57,829 nt of DNA from an uncultured Gammaproteobacteria bacterium (GCA_964588435.1 CAZPPI010000001.1:1-57829); one strand, 5' to 3'. Counted from the first letter of the stretch, positions 28,409 through 37,861 are shown. A program made the numbers and translations. Notes: generated by a model from the letters alone, not told the origin.

Positions 28409-29149
28409 TTACTTTAAAATAAAACCACCATCAACAATTAAAGTTTGACCAGTTATATAATCAGCTCTGTCTGAAGCTAGAAATAAAACAGCATTAGCAA
28501 TATCTTCTGGTCTGCCCAGACGTCCAATAGGAATTCCGGCAATAGATTGTTTTTTTGCCTCCTCATCTAGCGCTCCAGTTGCTCCCGGAGTTTCAATTGC
28601 TCCTGGGGCTACATTATTTATATTAATTTTTTTCTCTGCTAACTCAAGTGCTAAAGCTCTTATCATTCCGTTTAGTCCGCCCTTAGAAGCACAGTAATGG
28701 ACTAAACCAGAAAAGCCAACTGAGGCGGCAATAGAAGAAATATTTACAATTTTTCCGCCTTCTTTCATATTTTTTACCGCCTCTTGAGAGCAAAGGAAGA
28801 TACTTTTTAAATTAACATCAATAACCTTATCCCAATTCTCTTCAGTCATCTGTTCAAAGGGGACAAAGGGAAAAATTCCAGCGTTATTTACTAAAACATC
28901 AAGCCGACCAAATTTAACAACAGTTTCTTTAAATAAATTTTCAACTTCTGATTTTAAAGAAACATCACATTTTACCGCCAAAGCTTCATTGCCCAAATCT
29001 TCAATTTCTTTAACAACATTTAAACATTCTTCAAGGTTAATATCACTAACAATAACTTTATAACCATTTTTGGCAAAGATATGAGCAATGCCACGACCGA
29101 TTCCCTTGCCAGCACCAGTTACAATTACTACTTTCTCATTTTTGTCCAT
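28409..29149 (-). CDS. SDR-family oxidoreductase (FabG-like)
   Basis: 246 aa with TGAGKGIG, NNAG and YxxxK (YCASK) motifs. Confidence 0.85.
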   Translation of the reverse strand: MDKNEKVVIVTGAGKGIGRGIAHIFAKNGYKVIVSDINLEECLNVVKEIEDLGNEALAVKCDVSLKSEVENLFKETVVKFGRLDVLVNNAGIFPFVPFEQMTEENWDKVIDVNLKSIFLCSQEAVKNMKEGGKIVNISSIAASVGFSGLVHYCASKGGLNGMIRALALELAEKKININNVAPGAIETPGATGALDEEAKKQSIAGIPIGRLGRPEDIANAVLFLASDRADYITGQTLIVDGGFILK

Positions 29150-29296
29150 ATAATTTAATTTTATTTATTAATTATGTCTTCATTTTAACAGAAAACCAAG
29201 TGGTTTAAAAGAAAACTAGTTAAACTTTACTTTTTGAACTTAAAAGAGCATAATTTAAAAGGTGTTTTTAAAAATTTTAAATTAAATAATAAAAAT

Positions 29297-30334
29297 ATGG
29301 CTAGAATAATTGGACGAGGCTTTTCTTTCGATGATGTCTTAATTGTCCCAAAATACAATAAAATAAATTCACGTAAAGAGGTTAGTTTTAAAACCAAAAT
29401 CACTAAAAATTATAGCTTAGATATTCCTATTATCGCTGCTAATATGGACACTGTTTGCGAAAGCGAGATGGCAATTGCAATTGGGCGTCTAGGGGGTTTA
29501 GGCGTTATCCATCGTTTTTCAAGTATTGAAGACCAGGTTAAAGAATTAGAAAAAGTTAAAGCTCAAGGACTTTTATTAGCGGCTGCGGTTGGCGTTAAAG
29601 ATTACGAAGAAAGGGTAAAAGCTTTAAACGAAATCGGAGTAAATATAGTTGTATTAGATGTTGCCCATGGTCATTCGAAAAGAACTGGAAAAACTTTAGA
29701 CTTTATTAAAGAAAATTACCCAAATATTGATGTTATGGTTGGTAATGTTGCGACTAAGGATGCAGCTGAATATTTTATTAGCAAAAAAGCAGATGCAATA
29801 AAAATTGGCATTGGTCCCGGTTCTATGTGTACAACCAGAATTATGGCGGGCGCCGGCGTACCCCAAATTACTGCAATTATGGACGCTTATGAAGCAAGCC
29901 AAGGACGTGTACCTTTGTGTGCCGACGGTGGCATGAGAAATTCCGGTGATATCGTTAAAGCAATTGGCGCCGGAGCTGATTGTATTATGTCTGGATCATT
30001 ATTTGCGGGAACGAAAGAAAGTCCAGGAGAAATAATTAATCTAAACGGAGAAAAATTAAAAGAATACCGCGGCATGGCAAGCTATTTAGCAACGGTTAAA
30101 AAAATGAAACTTGACGGTTCAAAAGTTGATGAAGTTGTTCACGTTGAAGGTGAAATGACAAAAATTAAATATAAAGGCGAGGTGGCACCGATAATAAATA
30201 AATTATTGGGCGGTTTAGCCTCGGGCATGACTTATGTCGGCGCAGGAACGATTGAAGCTTTAAAAGGTAAGGCAGATTTTATTGAAATAAGTAGCGCCGG
30301 CTACAACGAAAGCGTCGCCCATGGTTTAAACTAA
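29297..30334 (+). CDS. IMP dehydrogenase / GMP reductase family protein lacking the CBS subdomain
   Basis: FDDVLIVP N-terminus, catalytic loop IGPGSMCTTR and GGMRNSGD. The start is set at ATG 29297; the track start at 29234 is a TTG. Confidence 0.8.
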   Translation: MARIIGRGFSFDDVLIVPKYNKINSRKEVSFKTKITKNYSLDIPIIAANMDTVCESEMAIAIGRLGGLGVIHRFSSIEDQVKELEKVKAQGLLLAAAVGVKDYEERVKALNEIGVNIVVLDVAHGHSKRTGKTLDFIKENYPNIDVMVGNVATKDAAEYFISKKADAIKIGIGPGSMCTTRIMAGAGVPQITAIMDAYEASQGRVPLCADGGMRNSGDIVKAIGAGADCIMSGSLFAGTKESPGEIINLNGEKLKEYRGMASYLATVKKMKLDGSKVDEVVHVEGEMTKIKYKGEVAPIINKLLGGLASGMTYVGAGTIEALKGKADFIEISSAGYNESVAHGLN

Positions 30335-31347
30335 TAAATTAAAACTGGAGTTCCAATTTCAACCCAATTATATAAAAATTCTGCCGGCCCAATTCCTAAA
30401 CGAATACAACCATGGGAAACGGCAATACCTAGATGATTTTCTCCTTCTCGATAGCCACTTGGCCAAATCGGTAATTCATGAAAACCAAAACGACCCGTGC
30501 CCATTCCTAGCCAATAAGGCATCCATAAACCATAAGAGGACCAAGCCTTGGGATATTTATTTATAATTTTAAAATTCCCTTTCGGAGTTGGCATTGAGGC
30601 TTTGCCGGCAGAAACCGGAAAAGAACCAATTTGCGTTTCCCCTAAATAATAATAAAGGCGCTGCCTCGGTCCAACATCAACTTTTATATTTTTTTCTGCA
30701 CCAGGAATAATTAATGAGGCATTGGCAATAAGATCGATATTTTTATTATTTATTCCTCGTCCCAAAATTGAAACTATTTTAATAAGGTCACTATAATCAC
30801 CAATATAATAACGAAGATTATCACTAGGATTTAAATACCAAAGTTCACCCCTTCCCTCGGTTTGAAGTAAAAATTTACCAGACAATTTTTTTGTAAAATT
30901 AATATCAATTGCTAAACGACTAGAACCAAGAGGGTCATAATGACCCTTAAGCTCTAAGGTATCTAAATAAGAATCGTCGTCGCTATCAGAATTAAAAGGG
31001 TTAGTGCCAATTGCTCTTTCAACCCTATCATCAAGACCATCTCTATCGCTATCAATTCTAATTAACCGATCGTCAACCGCAAGCGGAATTTTTAATAAAT
31101 CATTATTAGAAATTCCTAAAGAATTTTTATGCACTACTTCCAGAAAAGAATCTTGATTTAAAATATGACGCAATCCATTTTCTAAATCAACATACCAAGC
31201 TTGTCCTTTATTTTCTACTTGAATTAAAAACTGTCCTCGAAGTTCAAAAGCTAAAGACGAAGCTAAACTTATTTTTGGAGAAATAAACACTAAAACAAAA
31301 AAAATAAAAGTTAAAAGGTGAAAAATTGTTTTTTTATTTTTTAGCAT
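30331..31347 (-). CDS. L,D-transpeptidase (YkuD) domain protein, secreted
   Basis: 338 aa with an N-terminal signal/TM segment, a D-rich thrombospondin-type-3-like segment (DSDRDGLDD) and a catalytic SHGCIRL motif. Confidence 0.8.
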   Translation of the reverse strand: MLKNKKTIFHLLTFIFFVLVFISPKISLASSLAFELRGQFLIQVENKGQAWYVDLENGLRHILNQDSFLEVVHKNSLGISNNDLLKIPLAVDDRLIRIDSDRDGLDDRVERAIGTNPFNSDSDDDSYLDTLELKGHYDPLGSSRLAIDINFTKKLSGKFLLQTEGRGELWYLNPSDNLRYYIGDYSDLIKIVSILGRGINNKNIDLIANASLIIPGAEKNIKVDVGPRQRLYYYLGETQIGSFPVSAGKASMPTPKGNFKIINKYPKAWSSYGLWMPYWLGMGTGRFGFHELPIWPSGYREGENHLGIAVSHGCIRLGIGPAEFLYNWVEIGTPVLIY

Positions 31348-31351
31348 TTTA

Positions 31352-32089
31352 TTAATTGCTTATATTTTCAGCAATCTTAAGTTCTTCTGGGCTATTTATA
31401 CCAACAGCTTCTCGTGGTTCAATCGGTGAAGTTTGAATTATATGTTTTTGACCGAAAGCAATTTTAACCATATCGGTCAAATAAAACTCATGCGCCTTAT
31501 TGTCGTCTCGAACTTTATCTATATTAGAAAAAAACCAATCTTTATTAAAACAAAAACAATTCGGATTTACTTCAAGTATTTCTTTTTCCCCATTCGTTGC
31601 GTCCTTAAACTCCTTAATCTCTTGAATGTTATTATCTTTATCCCGAATGATTCTTCCCCAATGATAAAAAACCGAATACCAATCTTTAAAACTAGACAAA
31701 ACTACCGTAATCATTGATAAAACGCCCTGATGTTTAAGGGAAAAATTATTGATAGTTTCTGACTTATAAAACGGATGGTCACCATTTAAAACAAAAATAT
31801 CAGAAGCACGAGAGTCAATACAGTCACGCGCACAAGAAACGGCGTGACCAGTGCCTAGTTGCTCTTCTTGAATAGCATAGTCAACTTGATAGGCAGCTAA
31901 AGACTCACTAATAATTTTCTTATTACTCGGAGAAACGACGATAATCGGTTTTAATTCTGGCTTAGCCGCCATAACCGATTCCATTAAATAATAAATTATC
32001 GGCTTCCCATTTAAAGGAACTAAAACTTTCGGCAATTCCGAACCCATACGAGTTCCTCTTCCGGCCGCAAGAATTATTATTTGAGTCAT
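31352..32089 (-). CDS. Sugar-phosphate nucleotidyltransferase (GlmU N-domain-like)
   Basis: ILAAGRGTRMGSELPKVL signature. The start is set at the internal ATG 32089. Confidence 0.75.
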   Translation of the reverse strand: MTQIIILAAGRGTRMGSELPKVLVPLNGKPIIYYLMESVMAAKPELKPIIVVSPSNKKIISESLAAYQVDYAIQEEQLGTGHAVSCARDCIDSRASDIFVLNGDHPFYKSETINNFSLKHQGVLSMITVVLSSFKDWYSVFYHWGRIIRDKDNNIQEIKEFKDATNGEKEILEVNPNCFCFNKDWFFSNIDKVRDDNKAHEFYLTDMVKIAFGQKHIIQTSPIEPREAVGINSPEELKIAENISN

Positions 32090-32196
32090 AGAAAAAATAA
32101 ATAAAAGAAAGAAATTTTTAACAAAATTTCCTTTATATTTTAGCATTTTTAGGCTTTAAGGGCAAATTAATTGTCGTCTAATCTTTTTCACTTCTA

Positions 32197-32225
32197 TTGA
32201 CCCGTCTTAAAAATTAGTATATAAT
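32197..32225 (+). promoter_or_regulatory. Near-consensus sigma-70 promoter
   Basis: TTGACC (32197-32202), a 17-nt spacer, then TATAAT (32220-32225). Confidence 0.6.
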
Positions 32226-32231
32226 GTAAAT

Positions 32232-32330
32232 GCAAAAACTTGATATCCGAACTGTCACCGGATGGTGGCGTGGCTGGGACACCCAGCATAGGAATCATAG
32301 TTGGAAAAGTCTCCTTTAGGGAGTCTTTTT
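32232..32330 (+). ncRNA. Candidate ~100-nt small RNA (three-way junction plus terminator)
   Basis: It lies downstream of the consensus promoter. Helices are GAT(a)TCC/GGAATC, GTCACC-GGAT-GGTGGC and GCTGGG-ACA-CCCAGC. An AAAAGtCTCC-TTTAG-GGAGtCTTTT hairpin with a T-run follows. No ORF is present. Confidence 0.5.
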
Positions 32331-32957
32331 TTATTTAAATAACCACTTATCTTCAATTTTTTTCTTTATAATGTCTAAATAATCATTTCTGTCTTTTTTG
32401 TTTTTGTTTTGAGACCTGTTAATACTACCAGCCACCATATCCGCTAATTGAATAAGAGGATCACTTTTAGAATCAACCATTTTACAATTCTTAATAATAC
32501 TTCTCTGCCCATAATTCAATTCTTGTCTTAGGTAGCCAAAAAAGTTTCTTCTAAAAATTTTATTACCACCTCCGTCTATTCTTATTTTGGCGTTAAATAT
32601 TTTATTTCCATTATTTTTTAAAGCCTCTTTAATAAAATAAGCATAAAAAGAATCTTTACTGCTTCGTAACTCCGGGCTATAAATTAAGCTCTTATCTACA
32701 ATTAAACATCTTATTTTAAAATCAAATTTTTTAACTGTTTCTAAAAATTTTATTTTATAATCCCTGCAACTTTTAAAAAATTTAAATTCTTCAAGATCAC
32801 CAAGTTTTAAATCTCTTTTTAATTCTTTAATAGTTACCGTAGTTTTTTCTGCCTCTAAAGTGTCATTAAAACAAACCATCGCTATTACAAAATGGGTTGA
32901 AGATCCTTTTTCCATTTTAAATCCTGGATCACCAGAATCATCAATAAATACTAACAT
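32331..32957 (-). CDS. DUF3800 family protein
   Basis: 208 aa with the N-terminal MLVFIDDSGDPG motif typical of DUF3800 and a C-terminal QLADMVAG motif. Confidence 0.75.
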   Translation of the reverse strand: MLVFIDDSGDPGFKMEKGSSTHFVIAMVCFNDTLEAEKTTVTIKELKRDLKLGDLEEFKFFKSCRDYKIKFLETVKKFDFKIRCLIVDKSLIYSPELRSSKDSFYAYFIKEALKNNGNKIFNAKIRIDGGGNKIFRRNFFGYLRQELNYGQRSIIKNCKMVDSKSDPLIQLADMVAGSINRSQNKNKKDRNDYLDIIKKKIEDKWLFK

Positions 32958-33068
32958 TAAAATATATTTATAAAATCATACCCCTTATTGAAAATTATTT
33001 TCCCATTATAAACCATCACCCCTGAAAAAAAGTTAAATTTTAGATAAAGAAATTATGGGGATGGAAAT

Positions 33069-33430
33069 AAAAAAACCCGGGTTCCGTTAGAAACACCGGG
33101 TAAGACAAACTTCTAGAATTAGGCGATTCATTATCGCTTATTACCAACTCTCTGTAGACCTCCGTATGACCGCGGCTGGCTGGCACGGAGTTTTTCCCGT
33201 ATAAATTGCGCGCGTATTACGGGCAGATATACACTAGCCGACTACAAATCTTCCGAAGAAGATGATTGGATATAATTCAGAAATCTGTCGTCTAAATAAT
33301 ACAAAGTTGAACTTAAAAAGTCAAGACTCTCGCCAAATAACAGCAACATAAAAAATCAGGCAAAGTCTGGTCTTTTATATTACCGCACGGAGTCGTGAAC
33401 TGTGTTAAAACTGAAGTCGAGCTATAAAAA
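33069..33430 (-). ncRNA. Candidate structured ncRNA containing a 16S rRNA helix-18 (530-loop) look-alike (5' end approximate)
   Basis: ORF-free stretch, locally GC-richer than its flanks. Several hairpins are present, one UUCG-capped. An ACCCGG-15nt-CCGGGT hairpin plus U7 terminator lies at 33101->33069 on the minus strand. See the finding for the rRNA-like segment. Confidence 0.5.
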
Positions 33431-33603
33431 TATTAATTCCAAAATAAACAACTAAGAATAACTAATTTCCTTTATATTTAAATGTTTTCTTGACTTTTAA
33501 GCTAATATAATGTAATATAATAATATTAAGACAAAAGGGTCCCTGCGATCGAAAGATCAATGGTCCCCCTTTTTTTATTTTAACTGAATTATATGTTTTA
33601 TAT

Positions 33604-34140
33604 TTACAAAATAGTCGTAATACACTCTTGTAATTTTTTATACAGAGAGGATGCAAATTCCTTATTTGGAAATAATATTTTTTTAAACCTTCCTTCTTTA
33701 ATCAAAAAATCAACTAACATTTTATAATCTCCATCACTCGAAACGAGAACTATCTTGTCAAATTTTTCCTTATTATATAATTTCTACATAACAGCAAAGA
33801 TAATATCAGAATCAACATTTCCCTTCTTTTTACCCAACATGGCGGAGTTATGTTCTCTAAATTTTAAAACAAATCCGGCTTCTTAAATTTTATCATACAA
33901 TCCACTTCTCTCATTAATAACAAAACCGAGAAAATAGTAAGCAATAGAAACATTGTATTTTTTCTTTAAATATTCTCTAAACTTAACAAAGTCAATGTCC
34001 CACGCAGGATTACCTGAATTAACGCCCATATACAGATTTTGCCCATCAATAAAGGCTATATTATTTTCTTGTTGTTTTGTGTTATTTATATTTTTATTAT
34101 AACACATCAAATAATATCTTAAAAATAATAAAAATATCAC
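33604..34140 (-). pseudogene. NYN/LabA-like (PIN-related RNase) gene interrupted by two in-frame stop codons
   Basis: One frame reads ...NIAFIDGQNLYMG...GLYDKI*EAGFVLKFREHNSAMLGKKKGNVDSDIIFAVM*KLYNKEKFDKIVLVSSDGDYKMLVDFL...TIL*. The in-frame stops are TAA at 33883-85 and TAG at 33784-86. The IDGQNL and SSDGDY motifs are NYN hallmarks. Confidence 0.75.
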
Positions 34141-34227
34141 TATTTTTAGCGATATTTAAAATAAGTGCACGGGCAACATGGCTCGACTGGAACACTATTA
34201 AAAACGCGGTGATAAGGTGGAAATCCT

Positions 34228-34803
34228 TTACCGACTTACATGGTAGCCTTCTTTAGAAGCAAATTTAATAAGCTTCTTCATATTGTCTACCGCTCCTTCA
34301 ATAACCGCATTATAAATAACGAAACTCGGTAAATCTATTTTTTCATCTTTAACTATTTTTTTTAATTCGAGTATTTTGTTACGCCTTTCATCGTTTAGCT
34401 CACGTATAACCTTCTTCATAAACCCACTGCTTATGCCGTCCATAGTTTTCATAAACCAAATATCAATTTTCCATTTTTTACTACTATGCCTTGTTTTGAG
34501 ACCAATATAATAACCCTTTGGAAAACCTTTTTCACGTCGATGAACAAAATCATAAAATAAATAGCCACGAAAACTATTTTTAGATATTAAATCGTTCAAG
34601 CATTTAATTGCTCTCTCTTTAGAAAACTGCTTATCAATAACGTAGATATCAATATCTCCATCAACCATTAAATCTAGTTGGTAACTCCCCATCTTATAAA
34701 CACTACCGTATTTTTCAAGCAACTCAATTAAGCCTGTTTTCCCCAATAACAAATCAGCTGTTTTCTTTAATTTTTTAGAGAGGTTTTGTAATTCATTGTT
34801 CAT
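34228..34803 (-). CDS. Nucleotidyltransferase-fold protein
   Basis: GS...DGDIDIYV (NTase GS-DxD pattern) and a KIDIW strand. The start is set at the internal ATG 34803. Confidence 0.6.
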   Translation of the reverse strand: MNNELQNLSKKLKKTADLLLGKTGLIELLEKYGSVYKMGSYQLDLMVDGDIDIYVIDKQFSKERAIKCLNDLISKNSFRGYLFYDFVHRREKGFPKGYYIGLKTRHSSKKWKIDIWFMKTMDGISSGFMKKVIRELNDERRNKILELKKIVKDEKIDLPSFVIYNAVIEGAVDNMKKLIKFASKEGYHVSR

Positions 34804-34885
34804 ATCACAATTATAACACAAGTGTTCCATTAGTAAAAATTGCAAAACAAAAAATAACCCTAAAATTAGAGTTATTTTTTATAAG

Positions 34886-34956
34886 CACGGGCGGCAGGAA
34901 TTGAACCCACGCTAGAGGTTTTGGAGACCCCTGTACTACCACTATACGACGCCCGC
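34886..34956 (-). tRNA. tRNA-Trp (CCA)
   Basis: 71-nt cloverleaf. Acceptor is GCGGGCG/CGCCCGT (G1-U72), anticodon loop CTCCAAA, T arm GTGGG-TTCAATT-CCTGC and discriminator G. Confidence 0.85.
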
Positions 34957-35119
34957 AAATATTAAATTATCTTAAATTATTCTACTATTTAAAAATGAAA
35001 CTGACAAGGCTTAGGGCTTTTACTTGGTTATAGCTTTAATCATCCTAGTCTTCTGAGCTTCTCCTTATTCTCTAAATTTGCTAATATTTAAATAGTAAAA
35101 TATAAAGAATTAATAAAAT

Positions 35120-37846
35120 ATGAACAAAAATTATAAAAATGGTGAAACAATCAAATGGCATGCTTTTAAAATAGAAGATGTTTTTAAAAAATTAGATTCT
35201 AGCACTAGAGGTCTAAGTAGCCAAGAAGCTTTAAGCCGTCAAGAAAAATTTGGTCTTAATAAATTACCAGAAAAAAAATTACCCTCTATTTTCATAATTT
35301 TTATACATCAATTTTTAAGTCCTTTAATATATATTCTTCTTATTGCTGGAACAATTTCAATATTCTTCCAAGAGTGGCGAGACGCTATTTTTATTTTCGG
35401 CGTTATTATCTTAAACTCAACTATTGGCACTTGGCAAGAAAATAAAGCTGAAAAAAGCGCCGCCGCCTTACAAAATTTACTTAAAATAAAAAGCTTAGTT
35501 AAAAGAAATGGGGTAGATATTGAATTATCAGCCGAAGATCTGGTAATTGGCGATATTGTCTTTCTAGAATCAGGTTCTAAAGTCCCAGCTGATTTGCGTC
35601 TCTTTGATAGTCAGAATTTATCGGTTGATGAATCTTTCTTAACCGGCGAATCACAAACAGTTAACAAAGAAATTAGTGATTTAAAAGAAAAAACTGTTTT
35701 AAACGAAAGAACAAACTTAGTTTTTGCTGGCTCAACTATCGCTCAAGGACGAGCTTGGGGAGTTGTCGTGGAAACTGGTTTAGATACTGAGGTTGGAAAA
35801 ATTGCTAAGATAATAAATTCATCGGAAAAAACTAAATCGCCTTTGATTATAAGAATGGAGAAATTTACTAAGAGCATCTCAATTATCATTTTAGTTTTAT
35901 GTGCCTTTTTGGCTTTAACGGCAATGGGAGTTGGCTTGTCTTTAAAAGAAGCTTTCTTTATCGCTGTTGCTTTAGCGGTTTCCGCTATTCCCGAAAGCCT
36001 ACCCGTTGCTTTAACTGTGGCTCTATCGGTCGCAACCACAAGAATGTCGAGGAGAAAAGTTGTGGTTAGAAAATTAACGGCGGTTGAGGGTCTAGGAAGT
36101 TGTACGATGATAGCGACTGATAAAACTGGGACTTTAACCGTTAATCAACAAACGGCAAAATTAATTTATCTCCCCTCTGGTTTAAAACTTAATATTAAAG
36201 GCGAAGGTTATAATGGCGAGGGAGAAATAGAAGGCTTGAAAGATTTAACTAAAGAGGAAAAACTAAATTTTGAAAAAATTATAGAATCAATTGTTTTAGC
36301 AAATGAAGCAAGTTTAAGTCTGCAAAAAAAAGACTGGACTTATCACGGCGATACGGTTGATGTTGCCTTCTTAGCTTTAGCCTATAAAGCCGGCTATAGT
36401 CCGGAAGAAATTAAAAAAGAAACTAAAACAAGACTAGAAATTCCCTATGAATCAGAGAGACGTTATGCCGGGAAAATTTATGAAAAAGACAATAAAAATT
36501 ATTTTGCCATTAAAGGCTCGGTCGAAAAAGTCTTAGAATTTTGTTCACAAATTAATGTTAAAGGAAAAAATGAAAAAATTGATAAAGAAGAGCTTAGAAA
36601 ACAAGGAATAGAATTAGCGACTCTCGGTTACCGGGTTTTAGCGGTTGCTCAAGGAGAATTTTATGATGAAGTTCCTCTTAAACTTAAAGATTTTAATGAA
36701 ACCGAAATTAAAGATTTAACTTTCTTATCTTTAATTTGTTTTGTTGATCCTTTAAGAGCGGAATCAAAAGAAGCGATTTTAAAATGTCAGAAAGCTGGGA
36801 TTGATATTAAGATGATAACTGGCGATCATCCGGAAACTGCTTTATTTATTGCTAAAGAATTAGGGATGGCGAGTTCAAGGGCTGAAGTTGTAACCGGAGC
36901 TGAACTTGGTGATAATCAAAGGATTAATCCTGAATTTTTAAATTTAGTAGAAAAAACTAAAGTTTTTGCTGGAGTTAGTCCACTCCAAAAATTAAAAATT
37001 ATTAAAGCTTTAGTAAAGCTTGGTCATTTTGTCGCTGTTACCGGCGATGGTGTTAATGATGCTCCAGCGATTAAACAAGCAAATATTGGTGTTGCGATGG
37101 GCTCAGGAACTGATGTTGCTAAAGAAACCTCAGCCATGATTATCGTTGATGATAATTTTGCCTCAATTCTAAATGGAATAGAAGAGGGTCGCTTTGCTTA
37201 TAGCAATATTCGTAAAGTTTCTTATTTCGTTTTGTCTAGTGGTGTCGCCGAAATTGGCTTATTCTTTTTTGCTTTAATTGCAGTCTATCTTTTACCAACC
37301 AAGACTTCAATTATTCTTCCCTTTACTGCCGCCCAACTTCTTTGGCTTAATGTTGTTACTAACGGAATCCAAGACATTGCTCTTTCTTTTGAAGCTGGTG
37401 AACCAGGAGAAATGAATAAACTACCAAGACCACCAAAAGAAGGAATCTTCAATCGTTTAATGAAACAAGAAACTTTAATTTCTGGTTTAATAATGGGCTT
37501 CATAACTTTCGGGGTTTGGTTCTTTTTCATTAAACTCGGCTATGATCCGCAATATGCTAGTAATTATAGTTTAATGTTAATGGTGTTATTTCAAAGTGCT
37601 CACTCTTTTAATTGTCGTTCAGAACTAACCTCAATTTTTAAAGTTCCAATTAAAAAAAATCTACTCTTAGTTTTTGGAGTTATTGTTGCCCAGGCTCTTC
37701 ATATTACCGCAACTTATATCCCTTTCATGCAAAAAACTTTGGGTTTAAGTCCAATTAATTTAAAAGAGTGGATTAGCTTACTTATTCTTGCTTCCACCGT
37801 TGTTATCGGTATGGAAATATTTAAAGCGATCAAAAGAAAAAAATAA
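35120..37846 (+). CDS. Cation-transporting P-type ATPase (P2, Ca2+/Mg2+-type)
   Basis: 908 aa with TGES, DKTGTLT, TGDHPETA and GDGVNDAPA motifs and 10 TM segments. Confidence 0.9.
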   Translation: MNKNYKNGETIKWHAFKIEDVFKKLDSSTRGLSSQEALSRQEKFGLNKLPEKKLPSIFIIFIHQFLSPLIYILLIAGTISIFFQEWRDAIFIFGVIILNSTIGTWQENKAEKSAAALQNLLKIKSLVKRNGVDIELSAEDLVIGDIVFLESGSKVPADLRLFDSQNLSVDESFLTGESQTVNKEISDLKEKTVLNERTNLVFAGSTIAQGRAWGVVVETGLDTEVGKIAKIINSSEKTKSPLIIRMEKFTKSISIIILVLCAFLALTAMGVGLSLKEAFFIAVALAVSAIPESLPVALTVALSVATTRMSRRKVVVRKLTAVEGLGSCTMIATDKTGTLTVNQQTAKLIYLPSGLKLNIKGEGYNGEGEIEGLKDLTKEEKLNFEKIIESIVLANEASLSLQKKDWTYHGDTVDVAFLALAYKAGYSPEEIKKETKTRLEIPYESERRYAGKIYEKDNKNYFAIKGSVEKVLEFCSQINVKGKNEKIDKEELRKQGIELATLGYRVLAVAQGEFYDEVPLKLKDFNETEIKDLTFLSLICFVDPLRAESKEAILKCQKAGIDIKMITGDHPETALFIAKELGMASSRAEVVTGAELGDNQRINPEFLNLVEKTKVFAGVSPLQKLKIIKALVKLGHFVAVTGDGVNDAPAIKQANIGVAMGSGTDVAKETSAMIIVDDNFASILNGIEEGRFAYSNIRKVSYFVLSSGVAEIGLFFFALIAVYLLPTKTSIILPFTAAQLLWLNVVTNGIQDIALSFEAGEPGEMNKLPRPPKEGIFNRLMKQETLISGLIMGFITFGVWFFFIKLGYDPQYASNYSLMLMVLFQSAHSFNCRSELTSIFKVPIKKNLLLVFGVIVAQALHITATYIPFMQKTLGLSPINLKEWISLLILASTVVIGMEIFKAIKRKK

Positions 37847-37861
37847 AAAGAAAGTAAAAGT

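Noticed and set aside
32232-32330. Small (4.5S) SRP RNA
   Set aside because: It has a CC-GGAU-GG hairpin reminiscent of the SRP tetraloop. It lacks the GNRA loop, the AGCA/GGAA symmetric-loop nucleotides and the single long hairpin architecture, and it folds as a three-way junction.
33069-33430. RNase P RNA, tmRNA or 6S RNA assignment for the structured locus
   Set aside because: AACGGAACCCGGG resembles RNase P CR-V (ACAGAACCCGGC), but it is simply the 3' arm of a terminator hairpin. No GAGGAAAGUCC (CR-I) occurs on that strand. The GGCAAAGUCUGG look-alike is on the opposite strand. There is no tRNA-like T-arm/acceptor or tag ORF for tmRNA, and the length and shape are wrong for 6S RNA.
33462-33656. 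64-aa ORF in the tRNA-Trp islet
   Set aside because: It overlaps the 3' end of the NYN pseudogene in a different frame and extends into an AT-rich promoter-like spacer. There is no homology signal.
33784-33885. Stop-codon reassignment (alternative genetic code) suggested by in-frame TAA/TAG in the NYN gene
   Set aside because: TAA, TAG (e.g. 17350, 23558) and TGA (e.g. 4884) all terminate otherwise intact, motif-complete genes across the window. No other gene needs readthrough. A pseudogene is the simpler reading.
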